A DNA stretch of 64,000 nucleotides from an uncultured Flavobacteriaceae bacterium (GTDB lineage: Bacteria > Bacteroidota > Bacteroidia > B-17B0 > Aurantibacillaceae). Of the stretch, positions 10,563 through 19,566 are shown piece after piece (position 1 is the first letter of the stretch; each line of letters starts with the position of its first letter). The DNA is taken from contig CAZNVL010000001.1 in the NCBI GenBank assembly GCA_964576565.1, positions 19,856 to 83,855 of the forward strand, given 5' to 3'. The position numbers and the translations under genes are program-made. A model generated the notes under the pieces. The model was given only the letters and a program-made list of their open reading frames with translations, was not told the origin of the DNA and made no database searches.

Positions 10563-11657
10563 TTATGCAAATTTTCTCTCAAATTCTTTCATCACCTCTA
10601 TCAACACTTTCACACTTTCAATAGGCAAGGCATTATACAACGATGCTCTGTATCCTCCTACATCCCTGTGTCCTCTGATACCACTGATGTTTGCTTCTTT
10701 CCACATTTTATCAAATTCAGATTCTAATGTTTCATTTTTCAAACGGAAACAAACATTCATTGTGCTTCTGTCTTCTTTACTTGTTACAGTTCCTTCAAAT
10801 AGTGTATTTCTGTCAATTTCTTGATATAATAATCTGGCTTTCTCGTTGTTCATTTTTTCAATAGCAGATACCCCACCTATTTTTTTCAACCATCTCAATG
10901 TGAGCAATACAACATACACAGGGAATACCGGTGGTGTATTAAACATACTACCTGCTTTTATATGTGTTTTGTAATCCAGCATAGTTAATAATCCTGTTTT
11001 ACTTTTTTCTACAAAATCTTTTCGTATCATAACCATAGTGGCTCCGGCAGGCCCCATATTTTTCTGTGCACCGGCGTAAATCAAAGCAAATTGACGGGCA
11101 TCTACTTTTCTTGAAAAAATATCGGATGACATATCGCAAATTAATGGCACACGCACCTTTGGAAATTCTTTGTACTGTGTTCCATAAATAGTATTGTTAG
11201 AAGTGATATGCAAATAATCCAAATCATCCGGCACCAGGTAATCTTTAGGAATATACCCAAATTTTTTATCTTCCGAAGATGCCACAACCAACGTATTTCC
11301 TACTTTTTGTGCTTCTTTAATGGCCTTGCTTGCCCAAACGCCAGTATTGATATACCCCGCTTTCGTTTTCAAAAAATTATACGGCACCATGGCAAATTGT
11401 AAACTAGCACCGCCACCTAAATAAATTACCTCATATTCATCAGAACTTACTTCAAAATGCTCTAAAACAAGATGTCGTGCTTCTTCCATTACTTTTTCAT
11501 AGTTCTTGCTTCGATGCGAAATTTCTAAAAGTGATAAATTTAAATTGTCAAAGTTAATACACGCTTCTGCTGCTGCTCTTAAAACTTCCTCTGGCAGTAT
11601 GCCGGGACCAGCACTAAAATTATGCACTTTTACTTTTTTTGAAACATCTGTTAGCAT
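10563..11657 (-). CDS. serC: phosphoserine aminotransferase
   Basis: 364 aa. N-terminus HNFSAGPGILPEEVL and overall colinearity with SerC. Confidence 0.92.
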   Translation of the reverse strand: MLTDVSKKVKVHNFSAGPGILPEEVLRAAAEACINFDNLNLSLLEISHRSKNYEKVMEEARHLVLEHFEVSSDEYEVIYLGGGASLQFAMVPYNFLKTKAGYINTGVWASKAIKEAQKVGNTLVVASSEDKKFGYIPKDYLVPDDLDYLHITSNNTIYGTQYKEFPKVRVPLICDMSSDIFSRKVDARQFALIYAGAQKNMGPAGATMVMIRKDFVEKSKTGLLTMLDYKTHIKAGSMFNTPPVFPVYVVLLTLRWLKKIGGVSAIEKMNNEKARLLYQEIDRNTLFEGTVTSKEDRSTMNVCFRLKNETLESEFDKMWKEANISGIRGHRDVGGYRASLYNALPIESVKVLIEVMKEFERKFA

Positions 11658-11696
11658 ACAAAAAATTTTTGCTCAAAGTTAGTAAATTATTTGGCA

Positions 11697-12479
11697 TCAG
11701 TTTTTTGTTGGATTTTTCTTGTAATACCACGTTGGTTTGGTTTGATTCCCCTTAAACGCAGCGCTGAAATAGAAACTAATCTTTATTCCTACAATCATAC
11801 TCTGTTCACGATATTCAGCATACACATCACAGCCCATTCCCAGATCATATTTGAACTTGTAATACCCTTGAATAGAGGAATAATAATTCATCCCAAAATA
11901 GTTATTTTGAATTGTATAAGAAGAATCTGTCGTAATTTTTCCGTTTACATAAAACGTTTCATCTTTATAACCACCACCGTATGTTACACCAATTGGATTC
12001 AATATAAAAACAAATTTTAATCCTTCTGATTTTATGACAAATGGTGAAAAATTAAAATTAAAATAACTCACCACAAGATCTTTTTTATTTGGATAAACTA
12101 TTGTTTCCCTCCCCTTTATTCGATTTAATCCTATCTGAATATAACACTCTCTAAAAGTGTGAAAGTTAAAATTCAACGACAAGCCCTTCATCACACGGTG
12201 TATAGTGTTAGATGTAAAATACCCCGTCCCTAAAGTAGCAAAGCCGGCATTCAGTTTATAGATTTTGTTATCGTATAAAATTTTCTTAGGAACACTGTCG
12301 ATAAAAATGGTATCTACTTTATGCTTTTGCTGTGCATAAAAAATGAACACACACTGAAACTGGAGAATAAAAATCCCAACTCTCAACCAATAACATCTAT
12401 TATTATTACAGTGAAACTTCAATTTTTTTGAACGCAAAGTAAATAAACAATTAGCATAAACACCAATCAATGGGTTCAA
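11697..12479 (-). CDS. hypothetical beta-strand-rich exported protein (start uncertain)
   Basis: The long ORF has no ATG near its 5' end. The listed start is TTG and overlaps the ung 3' end by 29 nt. An internal TTG would give the signal-like MRVGIFILQFQCVFIFYAQQ. Confidence 0.45.
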   Translation of the reverse strand: MNPLIGVYANCLFTLRSKKLKFHCNNNRCYWLRVGIFILQFQCVFIFYAQQKHKVDTIFIDSVPKKILYDNKIYKLNAGFATLGTGYFTSNTIHRVMKGLSLNFNFHTFRECYIQIGLNRIKGRETIVYPNKKDLVVSYFNFNFSPFVIKSEGLKFVFILNPIGVTYGGGYKDETFYVNGKITTDSSYTIQNNYFGMNYYSSIQGYYKFKYDLGMGCDVYAEYREQSMIVGIKISFYFSAAFKGNQTKPTWYYKKNPTKN

Positions 12480-13149
12480 TACCTTTGCTCTTCAGATACT
12501 CATTTGCTTTGCTGAAATGCCGGCAGCCCAAAAAACCCGTCCTTGCCAATGGTGAAGGATGAGAAGCCGTCAGAATCAAATGTCTGTTTTTATCTATCCA
12601 ATCCATTTTTCCCATTGCCCACTTTCCCCAAAGCATAAATACCACATGTTGCTTCCCATCAGAAATGGCTTTAATACTTGCATCTGTAAACTTTTCCCAA
12701 CCGATATTTCTATGACTACCCGGCTGATTCCTTCTAACAGTAAGAGAAGTATTCAGTAAAAAAACCCCTTGCAAAGCCCACTTTTCAAGATTTCCACTTT
12801 TGGGTATAGGACAACCCACATCATCGTGCAATTCTTTGAAAATATTCTGTAGGGAAGGAGGGATCTTAACACCATCATTGACAGAAAAACACAAGCCATT
12901 CGCTTCGCCCGGATTATGATAAGGATCTTGCCCTAATATAACAACTTTGACTTTCTCAAATGGTGTAAAATTATATGCTGCAAAAATTCGGTTGCCCGGC
13001 GGATAAATCTCGTAAGTTTGCTTTTCTTGTAACAATAGTTTTTTCAATTCAACAAAATACACACTTTGAAATTCTTTTTCCAAAACCTTTTTCCAACTTT
13101 CTTCTATCTTAGGATTAATCTGAAACGAGGTAGTCATTTCTGTAGTCAT
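12451..13149 (-). CDS. ung: uracil-DNA glycosylase
   Basis: Family-1 UDG motifs GQDPYH and HPSPL. The start is set to the first ATG (13149), because the listed start at 13170 is TTG. Confidence 0.92.
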   Translation of the reverse strand: MTTEMTTSFQINPKIEESWKKVLEKEFQSVYFVELKKLLLQEKQTYEIYPPGNRIFAAYNFTPFEKVKVVILGQDPYHNPGEANGLCFSVNDGVKIPPSLQNIFKELHDDVGCPIPKSGNLEKWALQGVFLLNTSLTVRRNQPGSHRNIGWEKFTDASIKAISDGKQHVVFMLWGKWAMGKMDWIDKNRHLILTASHPSPLARTGFLGCRHFSKANEYLKSKGIEPIDWCLC

Positions 13150-13207
13150 AAAAATTACCAATGTCCGCAAAATTGAAAAAAAATTTGCTCATTATTTTTA
13201 TTCTCTT

Positions 13208-13215
13208 TACTTTTG
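13208..13215 (+). promoter_or_regulatory. Bacteroidetes-type -7 box (TAnnTTTG)
   Basis: TACTTTTG lies 25 nt upstream of the ATG at 13241. Confidence 0.4.
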
Positions 13216-13240
13216 TACTCTCAAATTAAAATTTTTCACC

Positions 13241-13384
13241 ATGAAAAAACTATTTTCTTATTTTATTGTTCTGTGTTTTCTTATGGCAGCATTTCAACTC
13301 ACTTCATGCAAATCACACGAAAAATGCCCCGCTTACTCTAAAACACAAACCACCAACTCAGACAACAATATTAAAAATGTTTAA
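13241..13384 (+). CDS. small putative lipoprotein (47 aa), not in the supplied ORF track
   Basis: My translation is MKKLFSYFIVLCFLMAAFQLTSCKSHEKCPAYSKTQTTNSDNNIKNV*. It has a classic signal peptide plus lipobox-like LTSC, and is preceded by a -7 box. Confidence 0.4.
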   Translation: MKKLFSYFIVLCFLMAAFQLTSCKSHEKCPAYSKTQTTNSDNNIKNV

Positions 13385-13408
13385 TTTTTTCCACATTCTT
13401 TTTTGGAA

Positions 13409-13435
13409 AAATTATTTTTTGACAAAAAATAATTT
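13409..13435. repeat. perfect 13-1-13 inverted repeat
   Basis: AAATTATTTTTTG-A-CAAAAAATAATTT, between the small ORF and porP. Confidence 0.7.
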
Positions 13436-13473
13436 CAATATATTGCCGCCGTCAAAAAAATAAATTCATTTCT

Positions 13474-14433
13474 ATGAAAAAAAATTCTTTACTCATATTT
13501 TTGATTTGTTCCTTACTAACACAAGCCCAGCAAGATCCGCAAATCACTCAGTTTATGTATTCTAAACTGATTTACAATCCCGGTTATGCCGGCACCAGTG
13601 ATGCGCTTTGTGCTACTTTGCTCGGCAGAAAACAATGGGTAAATTTTCCCGGAGCACCTACCACATTTTTATTAAGCGCGGATATGCCTGTCATGAACCT
13701 ACCCATCGGGGCAGGGCTAAACATCATGTCTGACCAGATTGGTGCCATGAAAACATTATATGCCCGTCTTGCTGTTGCTTACAACAAACAAATTGGAGCA
13801 GGTAAACTCGGAATCGGTATTGACGCCGGAATTCTGCAAAACCAATTGGCAGAAACATGGATTGTGCCGGAACCCGGCAAAGTAGATAACAGTATCCCCG
13901 GGAATTACACCAGCGGCACTCAAAATATTACTAATCCTGATTTAAACAAAACTTCGTATGATGTAAGCTTTGGTGTGTTTTACGGCATCCCTAATAAAAT
14001 GTACGTAGGCATTGCTTCCACACATCTACCGGCTCAAACATTAAAAGCCGGCGATGCAAAATATATCCTTGCCAGACACTATTATATCATGGCCGGCTAT
14101 ACTTTTGAACTCAATCCATTTAACAGCATCATCCCAAATGTAAACATTAAGTCCGATGGCGCTACCTCTACCATAGACATCAATCTTACCTACCTATATA
14201 ATAATATGTTTTGGTTAGGTGCCACTTATAGAGCACAAGATGCCATTGCCCCAATGTTAGGAGTTAAATTATTAAAAGATAAAAGTTTAAAAATCGGATA
14301 TGCCTTTGACTACACCATGTCAAAACTTAAAGGTTACACATCCGGCACCCATGAAATCATGTTATCTTATTGCTTTAATATCAAAAAACAAAAAACACCT
14401 ACCGTTTACGGTAATGTGAGATTTTTAGATTAA
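13474..14433 (+). CDS. porP: type IX secretion system membrane protein PorP/SprF family
   Basis: Signal peptide followed by the family signature QQDPQITQFMYSKLIYNPGYAG. About 320 aa and beta-barrel-like. Located directly upstream of gldK. Confidence 0.88.
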   Translation: MKKNSLLIFLICSLLTQAQQDPQITQFMYSKLIYNPGYAGTSDALCATLLGRKQWVNFPGAPTTFLLSADMPVMNLPIGAGLNIMSDQIGAMKTLYARLAVAYNKQIGAGKLGIGIDAGILQNQLAETWIVPEPGKVDNSIPGNYTSGTQNITNPDLNKTSYDVSFGVFYGIPNKMYVGIASTHLPAQTLKAGDAKYILARHYYIMAGYTFELNPFNSIIPNVNIKSDGATSTIDINLTYLYNNMFWLGATYRAQDAIAPMLGVKLLKDKSLKIGYAFDYTMSKLKGYTSGTHEIMLSYCFNIKKQKTPTVYGNVRFLD

Positions 14434-14462
14434 ACTAAAAATTTATTAGATTAAACTAAAAA
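14425..14462. repeat. 17-bp direct repeat x2 (period 21)
   Basis: TTAGATTAAACTAAAAA occurs at 14425-14441 and 14446-14462. The first copy contains the porP stop codon. Confidence 0.8.
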
Positions 14463-14531
14463 CTTAAATGTAACATTTTAGAATCTTATGCATTATATTA
14501 TGCAAATACTCAAAATTAAAGTCAATAAATT

Positions 14532-16076
14532 ATGAAAAAGATATTTCTTATATCCTTATTGATAGCCATCATTACAGGATGTAATAAAAGAACTGCTGAA
14601 TTAGTGGGTGTACAACCCCGAGAACAATGGTATCAGCCAGACCCTTATGGAATGCTTTATATTCCACTCGGTAGTTTTCACATGGGACCGAGCGACGAAG
14701 AAACTACCATGGCACATACATCTAGAAGCAGAATGGTATCTGTTCAATCTTTTTATATTGATGACTCTGAGATTTCTAACAACGAATACAGACAATTTGT
14801 ATATTGGGTCAGAGATTCTATTGCCCGTCGTTTATTAGCAAATGGCTCTAATGCCGATGCACAAGAATTTCAAATTCCACAGGAAGATTTTCTTTCTGTA
14901 TGGCCGGAATATAAAGGCGACCAAAACCTACCTGAATTTTATATTAATTGGGAAACCAAAATCAACTGGGCGAGTGACGATGAAGATTATAGAAATGACT
15001 TACAACCGCTTTACATACCAGAAGTGGAACGCTTTTACAACAGAAAACAAATTGATACCAGAAAATTAAATTACGAATATTACAGAATAGACATTCGTTT
15101 AGCTGCTCAAAAATCCAACCGCTTTATACCCAATAAATCTCCCGATGTTTGGGATGCTGCCCATGAATATAAAAAAGCAGAATACATCAATGGTATTACT
15201 CTAAACGATGGACAAAACGGACAACCCGGTACACCTACCACTCCTGTCGGCGATCCGGCAAAAGACAATAAAACATTAGGAGCATACAACGTAAAAGATC
15301 AAGTATCTGTTGGACAAGGAAACTATATCCTGAGAGAAAGAAATGGCGTAGATCGATCTGTCTTTATTGTAAAAGACATTATTAACGTATACCCTGATAC
15401 ATTGGCATGGGTGCATGATTATACCTACTCATTTAACGAACCTCTTACCAACATGTATTTCTGGCATCCTGCTTATGATAATTATCCTGTGGTTGGCATT
15501 ACATGGAAGCAAGCCAGAGCATTCTCCATCTGGCGCTCGCTCTTATTAAATAATTATTTAATCGGAAGCGGACAAAGCATCGTCAATGATTTTCGTTTAC
15601 CTACCGAAGCAGAATGGGAATATGCCGCCAGAGGTGGTTTAAAACTTTCCCCATATCCTTGGGGTGGCCCTTACATTCGTAATGCCCGCGGATGCTTTTT
15701 AGGAAATTTCAAACCCATGAGAGGTTCTTATATCGATGACGGTGGATTTCACACGGTGTATATTTATTCCTACAATCCAAATGATTATGGTATTTATTGT
15801 ATGGCAGGAAATGTAGCCGAATGGACCAGCAATGCTTTTGATGAATCTGCTTACGATTTTTCACATGACCTTAACCCCGATTATGTTTATGAAGCACAAG
15901 ATAAAGAAGCCAATGTACTTAAAAGAAAAGTTATCAGAGGCGGAAGCTGGAAAGATGTGGGTTTTTACCTTCAAACATGGGCCAGAACTTATGAATATCA
16001 GGATACAGCCAAGTGCTATGTTGGCTTCAGAAATGTTATGACTTATCTTGGCAGAGCCAAGGGAGATGAGTTATAA
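14532..16076 (+). CDS. gldK: gliding motility/T9SS lipoprotein GldK (PorK)
   Basis: Lipoprotein signal (LIAIITGCNK). FGE-sulfatase/SUMF1-like domain with RGGSWKD near the C-terminus. Gene order is K-L-M-N. Confidence 0.92.
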   Translation: MKKIFLISLLIAIITGCNKRTAELVGVQPREQWYQPDPYGMLYIPLGSFHMGPSDEETTMAHTSRSRMVSVQSFYIDDSEISNNEYRQFVYWVRDSIARRLLANGSNADAQEFQIPQEDFLSVWPEYKGDQNLPEFYINWETKINWASDDEDYRNDLQPLYIPEVERFYNRKQIDTRKLNYEYYRIDIRLAAQKSNRFIPNKSPDVWDAAHEYKKAEYINGITLNDGQNGQPGTPTTPVGDPAKDNKTLGAYNVKDQVSVGQGNYILRERNGVDRSVFIVKDIINVYPDTLAWVHDYTYSFNEPLTNMYFWHPAYDNYPVVGITWKQARAFSIWRSLLLNNYLIGSGQSIVNDFRLPTEAEWEYAARGGLKLSPYPWGGPYIRNARGCFLGNFKPMRGSYIDDGGFHTVYIYSYNPNDYGIYCMAGNVAEWTSNAFDESAYDFSHDLNPDYVYEAQDKEANVLKRKVIRGGSWKDVGFYLQTWARTYEYQDTAKCYVGFRNVMTYLGRAKGDEL

Positions 16077-16136
16077 TAAATTTTCATAACCTAAAAAACA
16101 ACTTCTAAAAAATCACTAATTTAAAAAACAAGTACT

Positions 16137-16952
16137 ATGAGCAAACTACCAAAAGTAAAAGGGTTCAAAAAATTCTTACACATCTTTTCTTCAGCAGGTG
16201 CCTCTGTTGTAATTGCCGGCGCTCTTTTTAAGATCATGCACTGGCCGGGCTGGGACGTAATGTTAGTTACAGGTATGCTTACAGAAGCGGTTATATTTAT
16301 ATTATTTGCCTTTGACATCCCGCATGAAGAATACGACTGGACACTGGCTTACCCCGAATTAGCCGGAATGGGTACAGAACACACTGAAGAAGAAAGCGGG
16401 CTTACGCCTACTCAGCAATTAGATTTGGCGCTTGAAAACGCTAAAATCGGGCCAGAATTATTGCAAAGTTTAGGAGAAGGACTTTCTAAATTATCCGAAA
16501 CTGCCAGACAAATAAGTGATATATCCAATGCACAATTAGCGACTAATGAGTATGTAGACAGTGTTAAAACTGCTGCCAGAAATGTAAGTAATCTTGCTGA
16601 AACATACTCTAAAGCAGCCGAGAGTATGAGTTCTTTAGCTAACACAGATGCTGGCCAGCTTGGTGAAAATGTAAATGAGGTAAGTGAATCATTAAGCAAA
16701 TTTTCAAAGAATGTAGCCGCCCTGAATGCTACTTATGAAATTCAATTACAAACCACCAAAGATTCTCTGGATAATGTAAATCAGTTTTATGGAAATCTGG
16801 AAGAATTATTAAGAAATATTACCGATGCCGCATCAGACACTAAAAAATACAAAGAAGAAATGAGTAGCTTAACAAACCATTTATCTGCACTCAATACGAT
16901 TTATGGTAACATGCTCAACGCTATGAGCTATAAACCTGTGAATCAATACTAA
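16137..16952 (+). CDS. gldL: gliding motility/T9SS protein GldL (PorL)
   Basis: Two N-terminal TM helices (FLHIFSSAGASVVIAGALFKIMHWPGWDVMLVTGMLTEAVIFILFAF), including the conserved TM2 Glu. The cytoplasmic tail looks coiled-coil-like. Confidence 0.9.
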   Translation: MSKLPKVKGFKKFLHIFSSAGASVVIAGALFKIMHWPGWDVMLVTGMLTEAVIFILFAFDIPHEEYDWTLAYPELAGMGTEHTEEESGLTPTQQLDLALENAKIGPELLQSLGEGLSKLSETARQISDISNAQLATNEYVDSVKTAARNVSNLAETYSKAAESMSSLANTDAGQLGENVNEVSESLSKFSKNVAALNATYEIQLQTTKDSLDNVNQFYGNLEELLRNITDAASDTKKYKEEMSSLTNHLSALNTIYGNMLNAMSYKPVNQY

Positions 16953-16999
16953 TCTTTATCTTTAATTGAAAATAATTTTAGAACTAAAAACATACTACA

Positions 17000-18673
17000 A
17001 TGGCAGGCGGTAAAGAAACACCCAGACAGAAGATGATCGGGATGATGTATCTCGTGCTCACAGCTCTATTGGCATTAAACGTTTCCAAACAAATCCTGAA
17101 AGGATTTATTACGGTAAATGAAAGTATAGAAACAACCATTATTAACCTCGAAGAAAATAACAAACGGGTCATCGAAGGATTTAAAGCAGCTGCGGATAAC
17201 AACCCGGCCGCTAAACCTTATTATGATAAAGCATTAGAGGCCAAAAAAATGATTGAAGAAACTGTTAAGTATTTTGAAACAACAAAATTTGAAGTCATTA
17301 AAAAAACGGATCAAGTACCTAATGTCGACAGAAGCTATAAGCTAAGTTTAGATAAAGGTAAAATTGACGATTATGACACACCCACCGGAATGCTTATCGG
17401 GTCCGACCCAAGCAAAATGATTGATGGTGAGTATACTGCCAAAGGATTAAGAAAAAAACTTGAGAAATTAGTAAATGATTTGACTAATCTTGTAGATGGT
17501 ATGCAACAAAATCAAAAAACTCAATTTTTGAAAGAGGACTATGAACAAATCAAAAAGAAAATTCAAAATTTAAAACCAAAAGATAGTGATGTGATAGAAG
17601 AAGGTTTAAAACAAACCTGGGAAATTGCAAACTTTAATCACCTTCCAATGGCAGCAGTCGTTACTAATTTAAACAAAATGATTGCCGATATGCGTAATGC
17701 CGAAGCGGAAATTTATCAGGTATTTGCTGCTGCTTCCGGCAAAGTCGCTTTAAAATTTGATAAACTTTCTGCCAAAGTGATTGCTCCATCTTCTTATATC
17801 CAATCCGGCCAGCAATACAAAGCAGACATATTTTTAGCTGCTTCATCCAGTGCCATGACACCAGACATGATGGAAGTACTCGTGGGAGCTGAATATGACT
17901 CTATTACTAAACAATTAAAATCCCCAGGTACTCCTATTAAAATTGAAGATGGAATGGGCAAATACGAAGTACAAACTGGAGGACAAGGCGAACAAACACT
18001 TAAAGGGGTTATTAAATTCAAAAAACCTACTGGTGAATATGAGTATTATCCTTTCTCAACAACTTACATGGTAGCTGCTCCATCTGTAGCAGTTGAGCCA
18101 GAGAAAATGAACGTTTTTTATATCGGAGTTGAAAATCCAGTTGTTGTTTCAGCTGCCGGTGTTTCACCTACTGACTTACAGGTTTCCATAAGCGGAGGGG
18201 GGGGTAAAATTATGCCTAAAGGCGGTGGAAAATATATTGTTACAGTATCTTCTCCCGGTGAATGTAAGATCAGTGTTTCCGCTAAAACAAAAGATGGTGT
18301 TAAACCCCAAGGTCCACCAAAAGTATTTCGTGTGAAAAAAATCCCTGATCCTTTACCAAAATTAGGTGGAAAGCCCGCCAACGGTGTAATGGAAATGCCC
18401 AAACTACAAATAGGCTCAATTGGTGGTGTGGGTGCAGAAATTCCAGGATTTGATTTTGATGTAAAATTTCCTGTTATTGAATTTACATTTAGTGCTGTTG
18501 TAAAAGGATCTTTAAAAGAATTTAAATGTTCTGGTGCCAATCTTTCTCGGGAAGCAAAAGCCGTTCTACAATCATTAGCGCCCGGTGGAAAATGTTATTT
18601 TGAAAATATCAAAGTAAAAGCACCCGATGGTTCTATCAGAACTTTATCTACTGTATCCTTGAAAGTAAAATAA
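17000..18673 (+). CDS. gldM: gliding motility/T9SS protein GldM (PorM)
   Basis: Canonical N-terminus MAGGKETPRQKMIGMMYLVLTALLALNVS followed by a long periplasmic region. Confidence 0.92.
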   Translation: MAGGKETPRQKMIGMMYLVLTALLALNVSKQILKGFITVNESIETTIINLEENNKRVIEGFKAAADNNPAAKPYYDKALEAKKMIEETVKYFETTKFEVIKKTDQVPNVDRSYKLSLDKGKIDDYDTPTGMLIGSDPSKMIDGEYTAKGLRKKLEKLVNDLTNLVDGMQQNQKTQFLKEDYEQIKKKIQNLKPKDSDVIEEGLKQTWEIANFNHLPMAAVVTNLNKMIADMRNAEAEIYQVFAAASGKVALKFDKLSAKVIAPSSYIQSGQQYKADIFLAASSSAMTPDMMEVLVGAEYDSITKQLKSPGTPIKIEDGMGKYEVQTGGQGEQTLKGVIKFKKPTGEYEYYPFSTTYMVAAPSVAVEPEKMNVFYIGVENPVVVSAAGVSPTDLQVSISGGGGKIMPKGGGKYIVTVSSPGECKISVSAKTKDGVKPQGPPKVFRVKKIPDPLPKLGGKPANGVMEMPKLQIGSIGGVGAEIPGFDFDVKFPVIEFTFSAVVKGSLKEFKCSGANLSREAKAVLQSLAPGGKCYFENIKVKAPDGSIRTLSTVSLKVK

Positions 18674-18678
18674 ATACT

Positions 18679-19539
18679 ATGAATACATTCGCACGGCTTT
18701 TATCTAAAATACCTCTTTTAATTGTTTACCTACCCCTTATATCTGTTGCCCAACAAGGCGTTTTCAAACCAGGCGACTATAGAGACGGTATTTATGAAAA
18801 AGAAAATTCCATTAACCGAAAATTTATCCCTTACACCTTTCTGAGAGAAGCAGATGTGGCCTACAAGAAAAGAATCTGGCGAGAAATTGATTTAAGAGAT
18901 AAAATAAATCTGGCTCTTTATTATCCGATTGATTATGCCTCTTCTGAAACAAGAATTTCTCTTTTTCAATTATTAAAAAGATATGCTATCAATGGACAAA
19001 TTATTACTTTTTCTGATGAACAATTTCTTATACCCCTTCAGGTTTCAGATGTAAAAACAAAATTTTCAAAATGTGACTCTATTGAAGAAAGTACGTTCGA
19101 TGCAAACGGAAACGAAGTATTGACAAAAACATGGCAATGCGACTCTTTATCAATCCTCAGAAATGTCTTAAAATACGGCATTAAAGAAGATTGGTTTTTT
19201 GATAAGCAACGTTCCGTATTAGATGTGCGTATTCTTGGACTTCAGGCCAATGTATATGTTGAAGAAAAAGAAACCTACAAAGATCTTTTTTGGGTATATT
19301 TTCCTGCCTGCCGGCCATTCTTTGCAAAACACGAAGTATTTAATCCAAAAAATCCTTCTGAAAACAGAACCTTTGAAGATATTTTCTGGAAAAGACAATT
19401 TAATAGCACTATCATAAAAGAAGAAAATGTGTATGACCGATTATTATTAGAATATTTAAAAGGTATAGATAATCTCCTGGAAGCAGAACGAATCAAAAAT
19501 GATATGTTCCGCTGGGAGCACGACTTGTGGCATCTGTAA
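18679..19539 (+). CDS. gldN: gliding motility/T9SS protein GldN (PorN)
   Basis: Signal peptide plus the conserved block FIPYTFLREADVAYKKRIWREIDLRDKINLALYYP. Confidence 0.9.
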   Translation: MNTFARLLSKIPLLIVYLPLISVAQQGVFKPGDYRDGIYEKENSINRKFIPYTFLREADVAYKKRIWREIDLRDKINLALYYPIDYASSETRISLFQLLKRYAINGQIITFSDEQFLIPLQVSDVKTKFSKCDSIEESTFDANGNEVLTKTWQCDSLSILRNVLKYGIKEDWFFDKQRSVLDVRILGLQANVYVEEKETYKDLFWVYFPACRPFFAKHEVFNPKNPSENRTFEDIFWKRQFNSTIIKEENVYDRLLLEYLKGIDNLLEAERIKNDMFRWEHDLWHL

Positions 19540-19566
19540 AAAATTTTGTTTTCAATATTTTATCTT

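Noticed and set aside
13266-13463. Listed 65-aa ORF upstream of porP
   Set aside because: It starts at TTG and its sequence does not look like a protein. It overlaps, in a different frame, the much more plausible ATG-initiated lipoprotein ORF 13241-13384.
14601-15289. Short ORFs on both strands inside gldK
   Set aside because: They lie within a well-supported CDS and have no independent signals.
17664-18540. Minus-strand ORFs inside gldM (including the 140-aa ORF at 18118-18540)
   Set aside because: They are antisense to gldM. The Pro/Gly/Ser-rich translation is the mirror of Gly/Pro codons.
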